Positions 25,937 to 34,873 of a stretch of DNA of 36,807 bases are shown piece by piece (the stretch's first letter is position 1; every line of letters begins with the position of its first letter). Source of the DNA: a virus (taxonomy: Duplodnaviria; Caudoviricetes); IMG/VR virus record IMGVR_UViG_3300037422_000161, positions 1 to 36,807 of that record. One strand, written 5' to 3'. Both the position numbers and the translations under genes were made by a program. The notes beneath the pieces were generated by a model. The model did not search any database and was not told the DNA's origin. It saw only the letters and a program-made list of their open reading frames with translations.

Positions 25937-26763
25937 CGCGACTCGTCGGGGTGGCGCTCGTCCTGGCGGCGCTCGTGTCGCCGTTCGCCGCAGCCGAGAC
26001 CGGCTCGATGGAGACGACCGACACGCCCCCGTCCGGCGCATGCGCGACCGACGGCGCGCGGATGGGGAACCCGCAGGCCGGGGCCAACGAGGGCCGGCAC
26101 TGGTGCTGCAACCTCGGGACCGGGCTGTGGGAGACGTGCGACCTGGCTGGGGCGACCGTCACTGCGACGGCTTCCGTCGTAGGCCCGGACTGGAATGGCG
26201 GCTACTTCGGCGTCCTCTTCGACGCACTGCAGTCCCGCTGGGAACTGGTGTCGGACGCGATCTCGGGCTACGACGGGGTGATCGGATTCGGCAACGTCGA
26301 CTACCTGCTGTTCGACACCGGCATCGGGGGCGTCGGACGTCGCGTCGTTTCGCTCGTGGATCTCAACGCGGCCTTCGGGACGTACACCACGCTGAATGTC
26401 GGCACCTGGGTCCGACTGCAGGGCGACGTCCTCTTCGGGGTGACGGCCAACATCACGGCGAACGGCACGACGCTCGCCGCGGCGACGCAACTCGCCTGCA
26501 CGCACTGCGAACTGGCGACCGTGACGGCGACCAACAACGCGGTCAAGCTGCCGGCGTGCCCGGGGCCTGGGCTCTCGGGCGGCCAAGCGGTCACGATCAT
26601 GAACAACGACGCTGCCGACACGGCGCAGGTGTTCCCGAACGTCGCCGGCGGAGACGTTGGCGCGGGCGCGGGGGCGTCGGTCTCGATCCCGCCAGACGAC
26701 TCCGGGTACTGCACCTGCTACGGCTCCAACGTGTGGCGCTGCACCGTGGACGACCAGCTATGA
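25933..26763 (+). CDS. Cys-rich protein with predicted signal peptide and fibre-like C-terminal domain
   Basis: ATGA coupling; MTRLVGVALVLAALVSPFAAA-E; C-terminal ITANGTTLAAATQL...AVKLP...VTIMNND...QVFP. Confidence 0.7.
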   Translation: MTRLVGVALVLAALVSPFAAAETGSMETTDTPPSGACATDGARMGNPQAGANEGRHWCCNLGTGLWETCDLAGATVTATASVVGPDWNGGYFGVLFDALQSRWELVSDAISGYDGVIGFGNVDYLLFDTGIGGVGRRVVSLVDLNAAFGTYTTLNVGTWVRLQGDVLFGVTANITANGTTLAAATQLACTHCELATVTATNNAVKLPACPGPGLSGGQAVTIMNNDAADTAQVFPNVAGGDVGAGAGASVSIPPDDSGYCTCYGSNVWRCTVDDQL

Positions 26764-27110
26764 CCGAGCGCACGGCAACGGCGATCGGACTGTCCGTGGT
26801 CGCGATCGGCCTGCTTTATGTCGCCGCGACGGTCGCGGCCGAGCTGGAAGGCGTGGGCGAGGACGTCCACGCCTGCCCGCATTGCGGGTGCCTGTCGTTC
26901 CCGCGGACGCGGCTGAACGACGGCACGCGGTACAACGTGCGGAAGGACGGACGGCCCTACGGCGTGCTGCTGCGGTGCAGGGCCGACCCCGGTCACGCGT
27001 GGGTGCGCATGCACGACACGGAGAGCACCGCGCGGCGCGTGCGGGGCCTGCCGTGGCGCGCGGCCGAATGGATGCAGGCGCAGTTTGCAGTCAAGGAGAC
27101 AGAGCGATGA
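26760..27110 (+). CDS. Membrane-anchored protein with CxxC motif
   Basis: ATGA coupling; hydrophobic N-terminus then CPHCGC...C...H. Confidence 0.6.
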   Translation: MTERTATAIGLSVVAIGLLYVAATVAAELEGVGEDVHACPHCGCLSFPRTRLNDGTRYNVRKDGRPYGVLLRCRADPGHAWVRMHDTESTARRVRGLPWRAAEWMQAQFAVKETER

Positions 27111-27688
27111 AGAAGGCGACCGTGTTGTTCGTGCTGACCGCGGCGTGCGCCGCGGCCTACGCCGCCGACGAGTACGTGATTCTCCGCGCCGGCGCGTGCG
27201 CGGCGGCCGCGACGGCAACGCCGTGCACCACCGACGAGCCGCGGCCGATGACCCCGGTCCGGCTCGCGGGCGCGATCGCGGCCCGCGCGTGGCTGGACGC
27301 ACACCCGGGCGCGGGGGACATCCCGCTGCAGGGCGACCCGGCGAAGTGCGAGCTGTCGGGCACCTACCTCGGCCTCGTCGATGGCACGCACTGCCTCGCC
27401 GTCCTCGGCAAGGACCCGACGGCGCAGCAGCAACGCGACGCCGTCCTGGCGCTGCAGCCGGGGCAGGCCGCGAGGTGGCAGGCGACCCCGTGTGTCGAGC
27501 CGTGCACGGCGCCGTGCGAGACCTTCGCCGCGTGCGAGGCTAGGGCGACGGCGCTCGCGAACGCGCTCCAGCTCACGCCCGCGCATGCGAAGCGCGGGGT
27601 GACGCTCGACGAAGACGACGGGGGCTGTCGGATCAAGATCCGGGCCAACGGAGCGAACTACCGGGCGTGGATCGGGTGTGGGCCATGA
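27107..27688 (+). CDS. Cys-rich protein with predicted signal peptide
   Basis: AAGGAG SD; MKKATVLFVLTAACAAAYAA-D; many Cys. Confidence 0.7.
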   Translation: MKKATVLFVLTAACAAAYAADEYVILRAGACAAAATATPCTTDEPRPMTPVRLAGAIAARAWLDAHPGAGDIPLQGDPAKCELSGTYLGLVDGTHCLAVLGKDPTAQQQRDAVLALQPGQAARWQATPCVEPCTAPCETFAACEARATALANALQLTPAHAKRGVTLDEDDGGCRIKIRANGANYRAWIGCGP

Positions 27689-28194
27689 CGACCCGCGAGA
27701 TCATCGACAGCATCCTGGCCCGCGAGGGCGGCTACGTGGACAACCCGGCGGACCGCGGCGGACCTACCCGATTCGGCATCACGCTCGCGACGCTGGCGGC
27801 GTGGCGCGGCCGTCCCGTCACGGCCGACGACGTGCGCGCGATGCCGGAGTCGGAGGCGCGCGCGATCTACGCGGAGCAATACATCGTGCGCCCCGGCTTC
27901 GACGCGCTGCCGGACCCGCTGCGTGGCGTGGTGGTGGACGCGGGCGTGAACCACGGTACGGAGCGGGCGACGCGACTCCTGCAACGCGCGGTCGGCGTGG
28001 AGGTGGACGGGCGGCTGGGGCCGGTCACGCTCGCGGCCGTGGCGTCCGTGGACGTGCGCCGGCTCGCGGTGCGCACCTGTACGGAGCGCGTGCGGCTGTT
28101 CGGGCGCATCATCACCGCCACGCCAACGCAAGCCGTGTTCGCGGCTGGCTGGCTCGACCGCGTCGCGGACCTGATCGACGAGATCGAAGGCTGA
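27685..28194 (+). CDS. Endolysin, glycoside hydrolase family 108 with peptidoglycan-binding C-terminus
   Basis: ILAREGGYVDNPADRGGPTRFGIT; DAGVNHG; LQRAVGVEVDGRLGPVT; FAAGWLDRV. Confidence 0.93.
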   Translation: MTTREIIDSILAREGGYVDNPADRGGPTRFGITLATLAAWRGRPVTADDVRAMPESEARAIYAEQYIVRPGFDALPDPLRGVVVDAGVNHGTERATRLLQRAVGVEVDGRLGPVTLAAVASVDVRRLAVRTCTERVRLFGRIITATPTQAVFAAGWLDRVADLIDEIEG

Positions 28195-28228
28195 CATCGC
28201 GACCGCCCGCGCGATTCTGGAGGCATGA

Positions 28229-28636
28229 GTGGAGCACGACGCGATGATCCGCCCCGACGCGCTGCCGGATGTCGTCTGGTGGCTGATGCGCGCGCTCGAC
28301 GGCGTGGTGGGGCTCGGCCTGGTGGTGACCGGCTGGGCGCTCGCGCACGCGATGCGCTGGTACCCCGCGGGGCTGCCCTACACGTCGCTCTCGCGCGTGT
28401 TCTCGGTCGCGCTGTTCGCGATCGGCGTCTCGTCGATCGTCCGCTCGACCTCGACGGCGTTCGGTCACCCCGAGCTGGTGCTGGCGGCCGGCCTCTGCGC
28501 CGCGCTCGCGTCGATCGCGCTCGCGGGCTGCACCTGCTGGATGCTGCCGACGTTCCGCGAGATGGACCGTCGCTCCGAGGAGACGCTGCGCCGCATCGAG
28601 GCCGCGCGTGATCGAGGATCTGATGGCGACGAGTAA
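28229..28636 (+). CDS. Multi-pass membrane protein (holin-like)
   Basis: Three hydrophobic segments; follows the lysin; GGAGG SD. Confidence 0.55.
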   Translation: MEHDAMIRPDALPDVVWWLMRALDGVVGLGLVVTGWALAHAMRWYPAGLPYTSLSRVFSVALFAIGVSSIVRSTSTAFGHPELVLAAGLCAALASIALAGCTCWMLPTFREMDRRSEETLRRIEAARDRGSDGDE

Positions 28637-28880
28637 GACGACGCTCGCCGACCTCGCCATGGCGGTCAACACGCTCGCGGAGCGGATGAAGCCGGTCTGC
28701 GAGAAGGTGGACGAGATGCACCGCAACCTGACCGGCAAGGACGGGATCCAGGTGCAGATCGCGCTGATCCGCGCCGAGGTCGACCAGGTGCAGTCGAATC
28801 GCAAGCTGATCGTGACCGCGATTCTCGCGGTGGCCGGCTCCGTCGCCGCGTCCTGGCTGCTCATGAACGGAGGGCAGTGA
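28623..28880 (+). CDS. Coiled-coil protein with C-terminal TM (holin/hemolysin-like)
   Basis: MATSKTTLADLA...LIVTAILAVAGSVAASWLL; start could also be GTG 28608. Confidence 0.55.
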   Translation: MATSKTTLADLAMAVNTLAERMKPVCEKVDEMHRNLTGKDGIQVQIALIRAEVDQVQSNRKLIVTAILAVAGSVAASWLLMNGGQ

Positions 28881-28881
28881 G

Positions 28882-29109
28882 ATGCTCGACTACCTGACCC
28901 GCGGCGGGCGGCGCAAGTTCTCGCTCGGCGTCATCTACCTTGGTTGCTGTGCCGCGCTCTCGGCCTACGGCATCCACGAGGCCGAGCCGCTCGACCTCGG
29001 CAACATGGCGGGGCTCGCGGCGCTCAATACGTCGCTCGCGACCGGCCTCGGCGTGATCGTCTGGGGCAACGCGCAGGAGCATCGCGCCAAGAACGGCGGG
29101 GGCGAGTGA
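28882..29109 (+). CDS. Two-TM holin-like protein
   Basis: GGRRKFSLGVIYL...GVIVWGNAQEH. Confidence 0.6.
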   Translation: MLDYLTRGGRRKFSLGVIYLGCCAALSAYGIHEAEPLDLGNMAGLAALNTSLATGLGVIVWGNAQEHRAKNGGGE

Positions 29110-29396
29110 TGCTCCCGCACCTGTTCTACTGGATCGGCGCGGCGGCCGACGGCTGGACGACGGAACGAGCGCTCGACCGCGGAGCGCGCGAGGCGAACCC
29201 GGTCGCGCGGTGGCTCGTCAAGCGGATGGGCGACCGCGGGCTGCTGGTCGCGAAGGTCGCGGGCTACGCGCTGCTGCTCGTCTCGCACGCGCCCGACTGG
29301 TCGTACTGGCTCGCGGGCGCGTTGCAGCTTGCGGCCGCGGCGTGGAACTGGCGCGGGGTGCTGCTCCCGCTGTACCGACGCGCGAGGCGGGACTGA
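29109..29396 (+). CDS. DUF5658-like membrane protein
   Basis: ADGWTTERALDRGAREANPVARWL...LLVAKV. Confidence 0.6.
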   Translation: MLPHLFYWIGAAADGWTTERALDRGAREANPVARWLVKRMGDRGLLVAKVAGYALLLVSHAPDWSYWLAGALQLAAAAWNWRGVLLPLYRRARRD

Positions 29397-29762
29397 TGCG
29401 CTGCATCCGGATGGTCCGCGACGCGCTCGGCTGGCTGGCCGCGATCGTGCTCGCGGCGCTCTTGCTCGGCGGCGTGGCGGCGCTCGTCTCGTGGGTCCGG
29501 TGATGACGCGGGGTGGCGCAACCCGCCGGCTGGTACGCTTCGCGCGCACGCAGGCGTGGCACGGCTGGCCCGAGGGCGACGCGACCGCGTGCGGGAAGCC
29601 GGTGCGGGACGATGGTACCGTCGGCCGCGGGGTCCCGACCTGCCGGTGCTGCCGGCTGCGCGAGCCCGCGGGGCTCCTCGGCTGGCGGCCAGGTGGTGCA
29701 CCGGACCCGCGGCTCTACCGGCCGCGGTGGCTGGTGAGGAAATCGCGGGCGGGAGGTAGGAC

Positions 29763-29933
29763 GTGAGCAACCAGTGGCCGCGGATAGGAGAGCGGGTGCT
29801 GCACGTCCCGAGCGGGGCGACCGGCACGTTCATCGGGACCACGAGCGGCAAGGACGGCGAGCAGGCGATCATCGCGTGGTCCACGTCGTTCGTCCCGCTG
29901 GACGATATCGCTCCGGAGCCGCGCCATGAGTGA
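29763..29933 (+). CDS. Small beta-rich hypothetical protein
   Basis: GGAGG SD, GTG; WPRIGERVLHVPSGATGTFIG. Confidence 0.5.
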   Translation: MSNQWPRIGERVLHVPSGATGTFIGTTSGKDGEQAIIAWSTSFVPLDDIAPEPRHE

Positions 29934-30633
29934 CCGATGGCGCTACCGGCGCCAGGGCTTCCTCGCCGCGCTCCTGCTGACCGCAGCGGGCGTCGGCGCG
30001 TGGGCCTGGCACGACCAGCGGAGGGGCGTCGAGCCGCTACCCGACGACGCGCGGAATGTCCTGGTGCGCGACCGCTGGCGTGAGCGGCGCATCGTCGATC
30101 GCGTCCCGGTCGAGGTCCCGGTCGAGGTCGTGCGGCACGTCCGGGTCGTGGAGCGCGTCGAGGTCCCGGTCCCGGGCGAGCGCGTCGAGGTCGTGCGTAC
30201 CGTCGAGTCGGCCTGCGACCCCGGGCCGGTCACGCTCGGCGGCGTCGAGGGCGTCGGCTGCGTGGTCGAGCGCGTGGAGGCGGGCGGCGAGGTCTTCGCC
30301 CGCGCGACATGGAGCTGCCGGGCCGAGGGCCCGGGCTGGCACGCGGAGCGCGTGGGCGTCCCGGTGCCGGACGTGCGCTTCGAGGCGCAGCTCGGCGAGG
30401 CCCGGCCGCCGCTCCGCTCCATGCTCGAACTGCGCGCGGGCCCGTGGGCGGAGGCGGACCAGGCGGGTGTGAGGGCGGGCGCGACCTGGTACCGGGCCGG
30501 CCGGCGCTTCGGCGTGGCGGTCGACGCCGACCTCGCGCTCGACCCCGCTACGATCTACGTGGACGGTCCCGACTACCGGGCCGACCGCTGGCGCGTCGCG
30601 GCGCTCGGGGCGGTACGGTTGGGGAGGCGGTGA
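29926..30633 (+). CDS. Membrane-anchored lysis accessory (spanin-like) protein
   Basis: N-terminal TM, VPVEVPVEVV repeats, C-terminal amphipathic beta strands. Confidence 0.45.
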   Translation: MSDRWRYRRQGFLAALLLTAAGVGAWAWHDQRRGVEPLPDDARNVLVRDRWRERRIVDRVPVEVPVEVVRHVRVVERVEVPVPGERVEVVRTVESACDPGPVTLGGVEGVGCVVERVEAGGEVFARATWSCRAEGPGWHAERVGVPVPDVRFEAQLGEARPPLRSMLELRAGPWAEADQAGVRAGATWYRAGRRFGVAVDADLALDPATIYVDGPDYRADRWRVAALGAVRLGRR

Positions 30634-30755
30634 TGGGCAAGCCACGCAAGCACAAGCGACGCCGACCTAAGGCTGGCCGCGCCGGCTGCCTGCTCTGCAA
30701 GCCGCACAAGCTCACCGGCGAGCGGCCACACGCGGAGCGGAAGCGGGCCGGGTGA
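30633..30755 (+). CDS. Small basic CxxC..H peptide
   Basis: GGAGG SD; MGKPRKHKRRRPKAGRAGCLLCKPHK. Confidence 0.6.
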   Translation: MGKPRKHKRRRPKAGRAGCLLCKPHKLTGERPHAERKRAG

Positions 30756-30922
30756 TGCTCGCCGCCGGCTGGACCGCCGCGGACGTCGGCGACCTCGCGG
30801 AGCGGCTGCTCGCGCACGGCTGGCAGGCGGTCGCGGTCGCGGGTGGCGTGTTCCTCGTGTGGCGCTTCCTGGCCGCGGTCGAGCGCCAGGGCTGGCCGTG
30901 GCGGCCGAAGGGCGGCGCGTAG
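30755..30922 (+). CDS. Small membrane protein
   Basis: TGATG coupling; WQAVAVAGGVFLVWRFLAAV. Confidence 0.5.
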   Translation: MLAAGWTAADVGDLAERLLAHGWQAVAVAGGVFLVWRFLAAVERQGWPWRPKGGA

Positions 30923-30926
30923 CCGG

Positions 30927-31127
30927 TCAGCCGGCGCGCTTCCGCGGCCTCCCCCGCCCCCGCTTCGACTTGCGCACGACCGGCCGGCCGTCCGGTCCCG
31001 GTCGCACGTCCCAGAAACGGTTGTGCCCCTCGCCGTGGAGCTTCCCGCGGAGGCGCCCCGCGGCGAGGAGCTGGCGCACGTACTGCTCCGAGCAGCCGAG
31101 CGCCTCGGCGGCGGCCGCGACCGTCAT
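30927..31127 (-). CDS. HTH_17/excisionase-like DNA-binding protein with AT-hook-like tail
   Basis: MTVAAAAEALGCSEQYVRQLLAAGRLRG...RGRGRPRK. Confidence 0.82.
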   Translation of the reverse strand: MTVAAAAEALGCSEQYVRQLLAAGRLRGKLHGEGHNRFWDVRPGPDGRPVVRKSKRGRGRPRKRAG

Positions 31128-31315
31128 CGCTGCTCCTCGGCGGCGGCCGTGCAGTCCGCGCAGACCGGCTCTCCGCTACCGCCGCGCACGTCGGCGAGCA
31201 GGATCGTCGAGCCCTCCGGCACGCTCCCGACCACGAGGCCGTCCTCGACCAGCTCGCCCTGCGGCGTCGCGGCCAGCTCGCCCACTGCCCCGCACACGTG
31301 ACACGTCTCGCTCAT
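31124..31315 (-). CDS. Small Zn-binding protein
   Basis: GGAGG SD on the minus strand; MSETCHVCG...CADC. Confidence 0.6.
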   Translation of the reverse strand: MSETCHVCGAVGELAATPQGELVEDGLVVGSVPEGSTILLADVRGGSGEPVCADCTAAAEEQR

Positions 31316-31371
31316 CGTCGTCCTCCTGCCCCTGTTCCCCGGGGCGCGGGCTGCTGTCTCTCTGCACCACC

Positions 31372-31400
31372 AATATACCCCCACGCTAGCGCGCGCGCAA
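31372..31400 (-). promoter_or_regulatory. Sigma70-type leftward promoter
   Basis: TTGCGC-17 nt-TATATT on the minus strand. Confidence 0.65.
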
Positions 31401-31609
31401 GCATTATTCGCTCGGTCGCGCAAGTATTTTCGCTATCGCGTCGGCCCCGTAGCCTCCAATTCCTACAGGTGTGTCACGGCTGACACGCTCCCGGGGGCTC
31501 CGCAGGCGTGGCGCGACCGCGCCCGTGGGTCGCAGCGCGCGTCCGGGCGCTCCGTCCATGCCTCGGGGCGTCCGCCGGACGGAGGGCTCCTGGGGGCGCG
31601 TGGGCGGTG

Positions 31610-31650
31610 TGGTATGATTCGGGACGGCGGCCCGTGAAGACCGCCGCCCC
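31610..31650 (+). promoter_or_regulatory. Extended -10 promoter plus leader hairpin upstream of the ParB-like gene
   Basis: TG-G-TATGAT at 31610-31618; hairpin CGGCGG...CCGCCG within 31621-31650. Confidence 0.5.
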
Positions 31651-31686
31651 TGACCCGCAAGCGGCGCCGACCGCTGGAGGGCTACC

Positions 31687-32580
31687 ATGGATCCTACCAC
31701 CCCGGTCGAATCGATCCGGATCGACTCCATCGTGATTGGTGAGCGGCGGCGGGCGAGGCTCGGGAGCCTCGCATCGCTCAAGCGCAGCATCGAGACCCAC
31801 GGCATCATCCACCCGATCGTCGTCCGAAACGGCAACGCCCTGGTGGCCGGGGCCAGGCGGCTGGAAGCGTGCCGACAGCTCGGGTGGGAGAAGATCCCGG
31901 CCCGCCGGGTCGAGCGCATGAGCGACGACGACCTGCGATCGATCGAGCTCGACGAGAACGAGCAACGGCTTGCCCTGGCCGACTACGAGTCCAGCCGGCA
32001 ACGTCTCGCGGAGATCCGGCAGGCGGAGGCGGAGGCGAGAGCGGAGGCGGAAAGTGTCCCGGCCCGGGACACTTCGTCGGGGAAGCGTAAGAGCCGGAAG
32101 AAGCCCGGATCAAAACGGGACATCGAGAAGCGAACGGGCGTGAGCAAGGCCGGACAGCAGCGCCTCGAATCCCACGTCGCGATCGCGGAGCGCTTCCCGT
32201 TCATGCAGAAAGAGCCGTGGAAGCAGTACACCGTGCTGGAGGCTGGCGAGAAGATGGAGGCGATCCCGAAAGCCGAGCACAAGGCCGTCGCGGTCCTCAT
32301 CGACCAGCCGGGCGTGCCGCCGAAAAGCGCGATCAAGACGCTCGGGAACCTCGGCGCGATGGACGCCGGCCAGCGCGCTGAAATCTACGGGCTCGCCAAG
32401 AGCGCCGACCCGGAGGACAACAGCGCCGCGCTCACCATGGCCGCGCGGCTACCCCGGGAACCGCACCGGTGCGTGCTGGCGCTGACCGGGATCCGCCGAG
32501 AGCTGGAGAAATGCAAGAAGCACGCCGCGCTTGTCGAGAAGCTCGACCGGCTCATCGCCGAAGCGCGCAAGGAGGATTGA
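31687..32580 (+). CDS. ParB N-terminal domain protein
   Basis: IRIDSIVIGERRR...LKRSIETHGIIHPIVV...LVAGARRLEAC..LG...ELDENEQR. Confidence 0.88.
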   Translation: MDPTTPVESIRIDSIVIGERRRARLGSLASLKRSIETHGIIHPIVVRNGNALVAGARRLEACRQLGWEKIPARRVERMSDDDLRSIELDENEQRLALADYESSRQRLAEIRQAEAEARAEAESVPARDTSSGKRKSRKKPGSKRDIEKRTGVSKAGQQRLESHVAIAERFPFMQKEPWKQYTVLEAGEKMEAIPKAEHKAVAVLIDQPGVPPKSAIKTLGNLGAMDAGQRAEIYGLAKSADPEDNSAALTMAARLPREPHRCVLALTGIRRELEKCKKHAALVEKLDRLIAEARKED

Positions 32581-33012
32581 ATGTCGCAGGCCCCGAGACG
32601 GCAGCAGATTCGAGACCTGTTCGTGGAATCAGGCGGGGTCAAGATCGCGGCGCTCGTGGAGCTGTGCTGCGACCGCGGGATCTACGCCGAGGCCGACCGC
32701 TTGCGCTTCGCCCGTCAGGGCATGATGGCCGATTGCCGCTCCGCGCTGCACGAGCGCGGCGTGGCTGGCGCCCTCCCGGGACTCCGGTTCGCGTACCCGG
32801 CCGGCCCAGGAGAGGAAGACGACGATGCCGATACGAGCGGCCCGGTCTGGAAGCAGCTCCCGCTATTCGATTGCGAGGAGCTGGCGGACCTGATTCGCAG
32901 GCAGATCGCGGCGGTCATGGACGACTACGAAGGCGTGACGCGGCTCAGGGATTACAGCGTCGAGCGTTTCGGCGTGGCGCCGGAGATCCCGGAGATCAAC
33001 CAGCCGGCCTAG
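32581..33012 (+). CDS. Hypothetical protein co-transcribed with the ParB-like gene
   Basis: AGGAGG SD; ATG directly after the previous stop. Confidence 0.7.
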   Translation: MSQAPRRQQIRDLFVESGGVKIAALVELCCDRGIYAEADRLRFARQGMMADCRSALHERGVAGALPGLRFAYPAGPGEEDDDADTSGPVWKQLPLFDCEELADLIRRQIAAVMDDYEGVTRLRDYSVERFGVAPEIPEINQPA

Positions 33013-33227
33013 CCCGCCGTCGAGCCCCGGCTCAGATCCCGGATCCGTCGCCGCTCCTGGGTCCCGAGCCAGGCTGCCCAGCGGTCGGCCTCCTGCGCGG
33101 ACGGCCTGTGGCGGCCGACCTCCCAGGACTGGACCGAGGAGACCGAGACGCCGAGCGCTCGAGCGACCTGGGCCAGCGTGAGGCCGAGGCGCTTGCGGCG
33201 CTCCCGAGGGCTGGGCTTGGCTGGCAC
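33009..33227 (-). CDS. XRE/Cro-C1 HTH transcriptional regulator, probably leaderless
   Basis: RERRKRLGLTLAQVARALGVSVSSVQSWEVGRHRP; GTG at 33227. Confidence 0.88.
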   Translation of the reverse strand: MPAKPSPRERRKRLGLTLAQVARALGVSVSSVQSWEVGRHRPSAQEADRWAAWLGTQERRRIRDLSRGSTAG

Positions 33228-33233
33228 GCCGGC

Positions 33234-33299
33234 AATATACCGCGGGTCGCGCCGCCCCGCAAAATAATTCTTGACCCCGAGCGCCCCGGGGTGTAGGTT
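33234..33299. promoter_or_regulatory. Back-to-back divergent promoters (genetic-switch-like)
   Basis: Minus: TTGCGG(33262-33257)-17-TATATT(33239-33234). Plus: TTGACC(33271-33276)-17-TAGGTT(33294-33299). Confidence 0.7.
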
Positions 33300-33614
33300 C
33301 TCGGCGTGGGCGCGAATCAAATCACCATGCGGTCCCCCGGGGCGTCGTCGCCTGACGCGCCCACACGCTTCTACGCCGGCGCTCCGGGGGGCGGCTGTAT
33401 CTGGAGACGAGGAGACCCGGCCGACGAAGGCCGAGGTCCAACAGCTCGACGTCGCCGCGATGGCGGCCGCGACGCGGCTGCTCGCGACCTGCCTGCGCTG
33501 CGGCCGGCGCTCTGCTCGTGGTGTCGATCGACCGTCCGAACGCGACGTCCAGGTGCTGACCCGCGAGGAGATGGGGCGCGAGCTGGCGGCGATCGAGGCG
33601 GCGGAGAAGTCGTC

Positions 33615-33833
33615 GTGAGCACCGCGGGCATCGTGCTCTTGGTTTGTGGCGCATGGGCAGCCGGCGTCTGTCACGGCCTCGCGCTCGTTGCTGTGTTCCG
33701 AGAGTTCAGGCGTCGACGGATGATGAAGGCCATGCGCGACATGCTGCGATCCGGCGCCATCACGCCGAACGAGGCTCGCTCCATTGCGGGCGCCCGCGTG
33801 GCGTCGCGGGGCAGCCACGAGAAGCCGTCGTGA
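33615..33833 (+). CDS. Small membrane protein
   Basis: GTGA coupling; hydrophobic N-terminus; SGAITPNEARSIAG. Confidence 0.55.
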   Translation: MSTAGIVLLVCGAWAAGVCHGLALVAVFREFRRRRMMKAMRDMLRSGAITPNEARSIAGARVASRGSHEKPS

Positions 33834-34033
33834 GCGACGGGCCCCGCGTGATGGACTCCGCGGCGGCCGCGCGCTACGTCGGCCTCTCGGCGCGCACGCT
33901 CGAGCACTACCGGCGCGTCGGCGGTGGCCCGCGGTTCATCAAGCACGCGCGCAACGTCGTGCGCTACGACGTCCGCGACCTGGACGCCTGGCTCGACTCG
34001 CGCAAGCGCGCCAGCACGTCGGTGGCGCGGTGA
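33830..34033 (+). CDS. AlpA/excisionase-like HTH protein
   Basis: AAARYVGLSARTLEHYRRVGGGPRFIK...VRYDVRDLDAWL. Confidence 0.88.
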   Translation: MSDGPRVMDSAAAARYVGLSARTLEHYRRVGGGPRFIKHARNVVRYDVRDLDAWLDSRKRASTSVAR

Positions 34034-34248
34034 ACGACGAGACGACCGTCCGCGAGTTCGCGCTCGCGGTGCGTCACCGCATGGCGACGCTCGTGAACGA
34101 CCGGCAGCAGATCACGCCGCGCGACCTCGCGCAGGTGCTGTGCGCGGTGCTCGACGTGCTGGTGCTCGTCGCGGGCCGCCAGGGCTGCGACCTCGACGCG
34201 ACCGCCGCGGACGTGCTGGTGACGCTCGGCGCGGAGCGTGAGCCGTGA
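34030..34248 (+). CDS. Hypothetical protein
   Basis: GTGA coupling on both sides. Confidence 0.55.
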   Translation: MNDETTVREFALAVRHRMATLVNDRQQITPRDLAQVLCAVLDVLVLVAGRQGCDLDATAADVLVTLGAEREP

Positions 34249-34472
34249 CCTGCTCGACCTGCCACGGAACGCGACAGCACGTCGGCCCGATCAGCGGCGC
34301 GACCTTCCGCTGCCCCGCGTGCGGCTGGGCGCTCTGCGGTCACTGCCTCGGCGAGGGACAGATTCGCCGCGCGACCGATGGGGACGGCTGGGAGTGGGAC
34401 CCGTGCGGGCCGTGTGGTGGGCGCGGGCTGGTGCCGTCCGAGTCGGCGGCGGCGGTAAAGGAGAACGAATGA
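34245..34472 (+). CDS. DnaJ-type CxxCxGxG zinc-finger protein
   Basis: CSTCHGT, CPACG, CGHCLGEG, CGPCGGRG. Confidence 0.7.
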   Translation: MTCSTCHGTRQHVGPISGATFRCPACGWALCGHCLGEGQIRRATDGDGWEWDPCGPCGGRGLVPSESAAAVKENE

Positions 34473-34657
34473 CGCACCGAGTCACGATCCCGTCCTGGGC
34501 GGTCGCGGACGAGCTGCACCCGGACGAGTGGAGGCTGGACCGTCGCCGCCCCGACAGCCAGCGGGGGGACATCGACGAGTTCGAACGCGTGGTCCGCGAG
34601 ATCGTGCGGCGGGCCAGGATGCGCGCCGCGGTGATCGCGGCCGGGCTGGAGGAGTAG
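34469..34657 (+). CDS. Hypothetical protein
   Basis: AAGGAG SD, ATGA coupling. Confidence 0.55.
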   Translation: MTHRVTIPSWAVADELHPDEWRLDRRRPDSQRGDIDEFERVVREIVRRARMRAAVIAAGLEE

Positions 34658-34873
34658 ATGGCGAAACGGAAGGTCAAGCGCGAGCAGACGGCCGATTCGC
34701 CGCCGCCGTGCCCGCGTTGCGGCTTTGATTGCGGCGACACCTGCGGGCCGCTGTGTTGGGTCTGCGACAACGAGATCACGCCAGGGACCGCCACATTGGT
34801 CTTAGACGAGCGCGGCTGGGCGACGCATCGTACCTGCGCGGCCGGGCTGGCCGAGGAGGACACGAATGGCTGA
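34658..34873 (+). CDS. Small Cys-rich Zn-binding protein
   Basis: CPRCGFDC...CWVC...HRTC; GGAGGAG SD. Confidence 0.6.
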   Translation: MAKRKVKREQTADSPPPCPRCGFDCGDTCGPLCWVCDNEITPGTATLVLDERGWATHRTCAAGLAEEDTNG

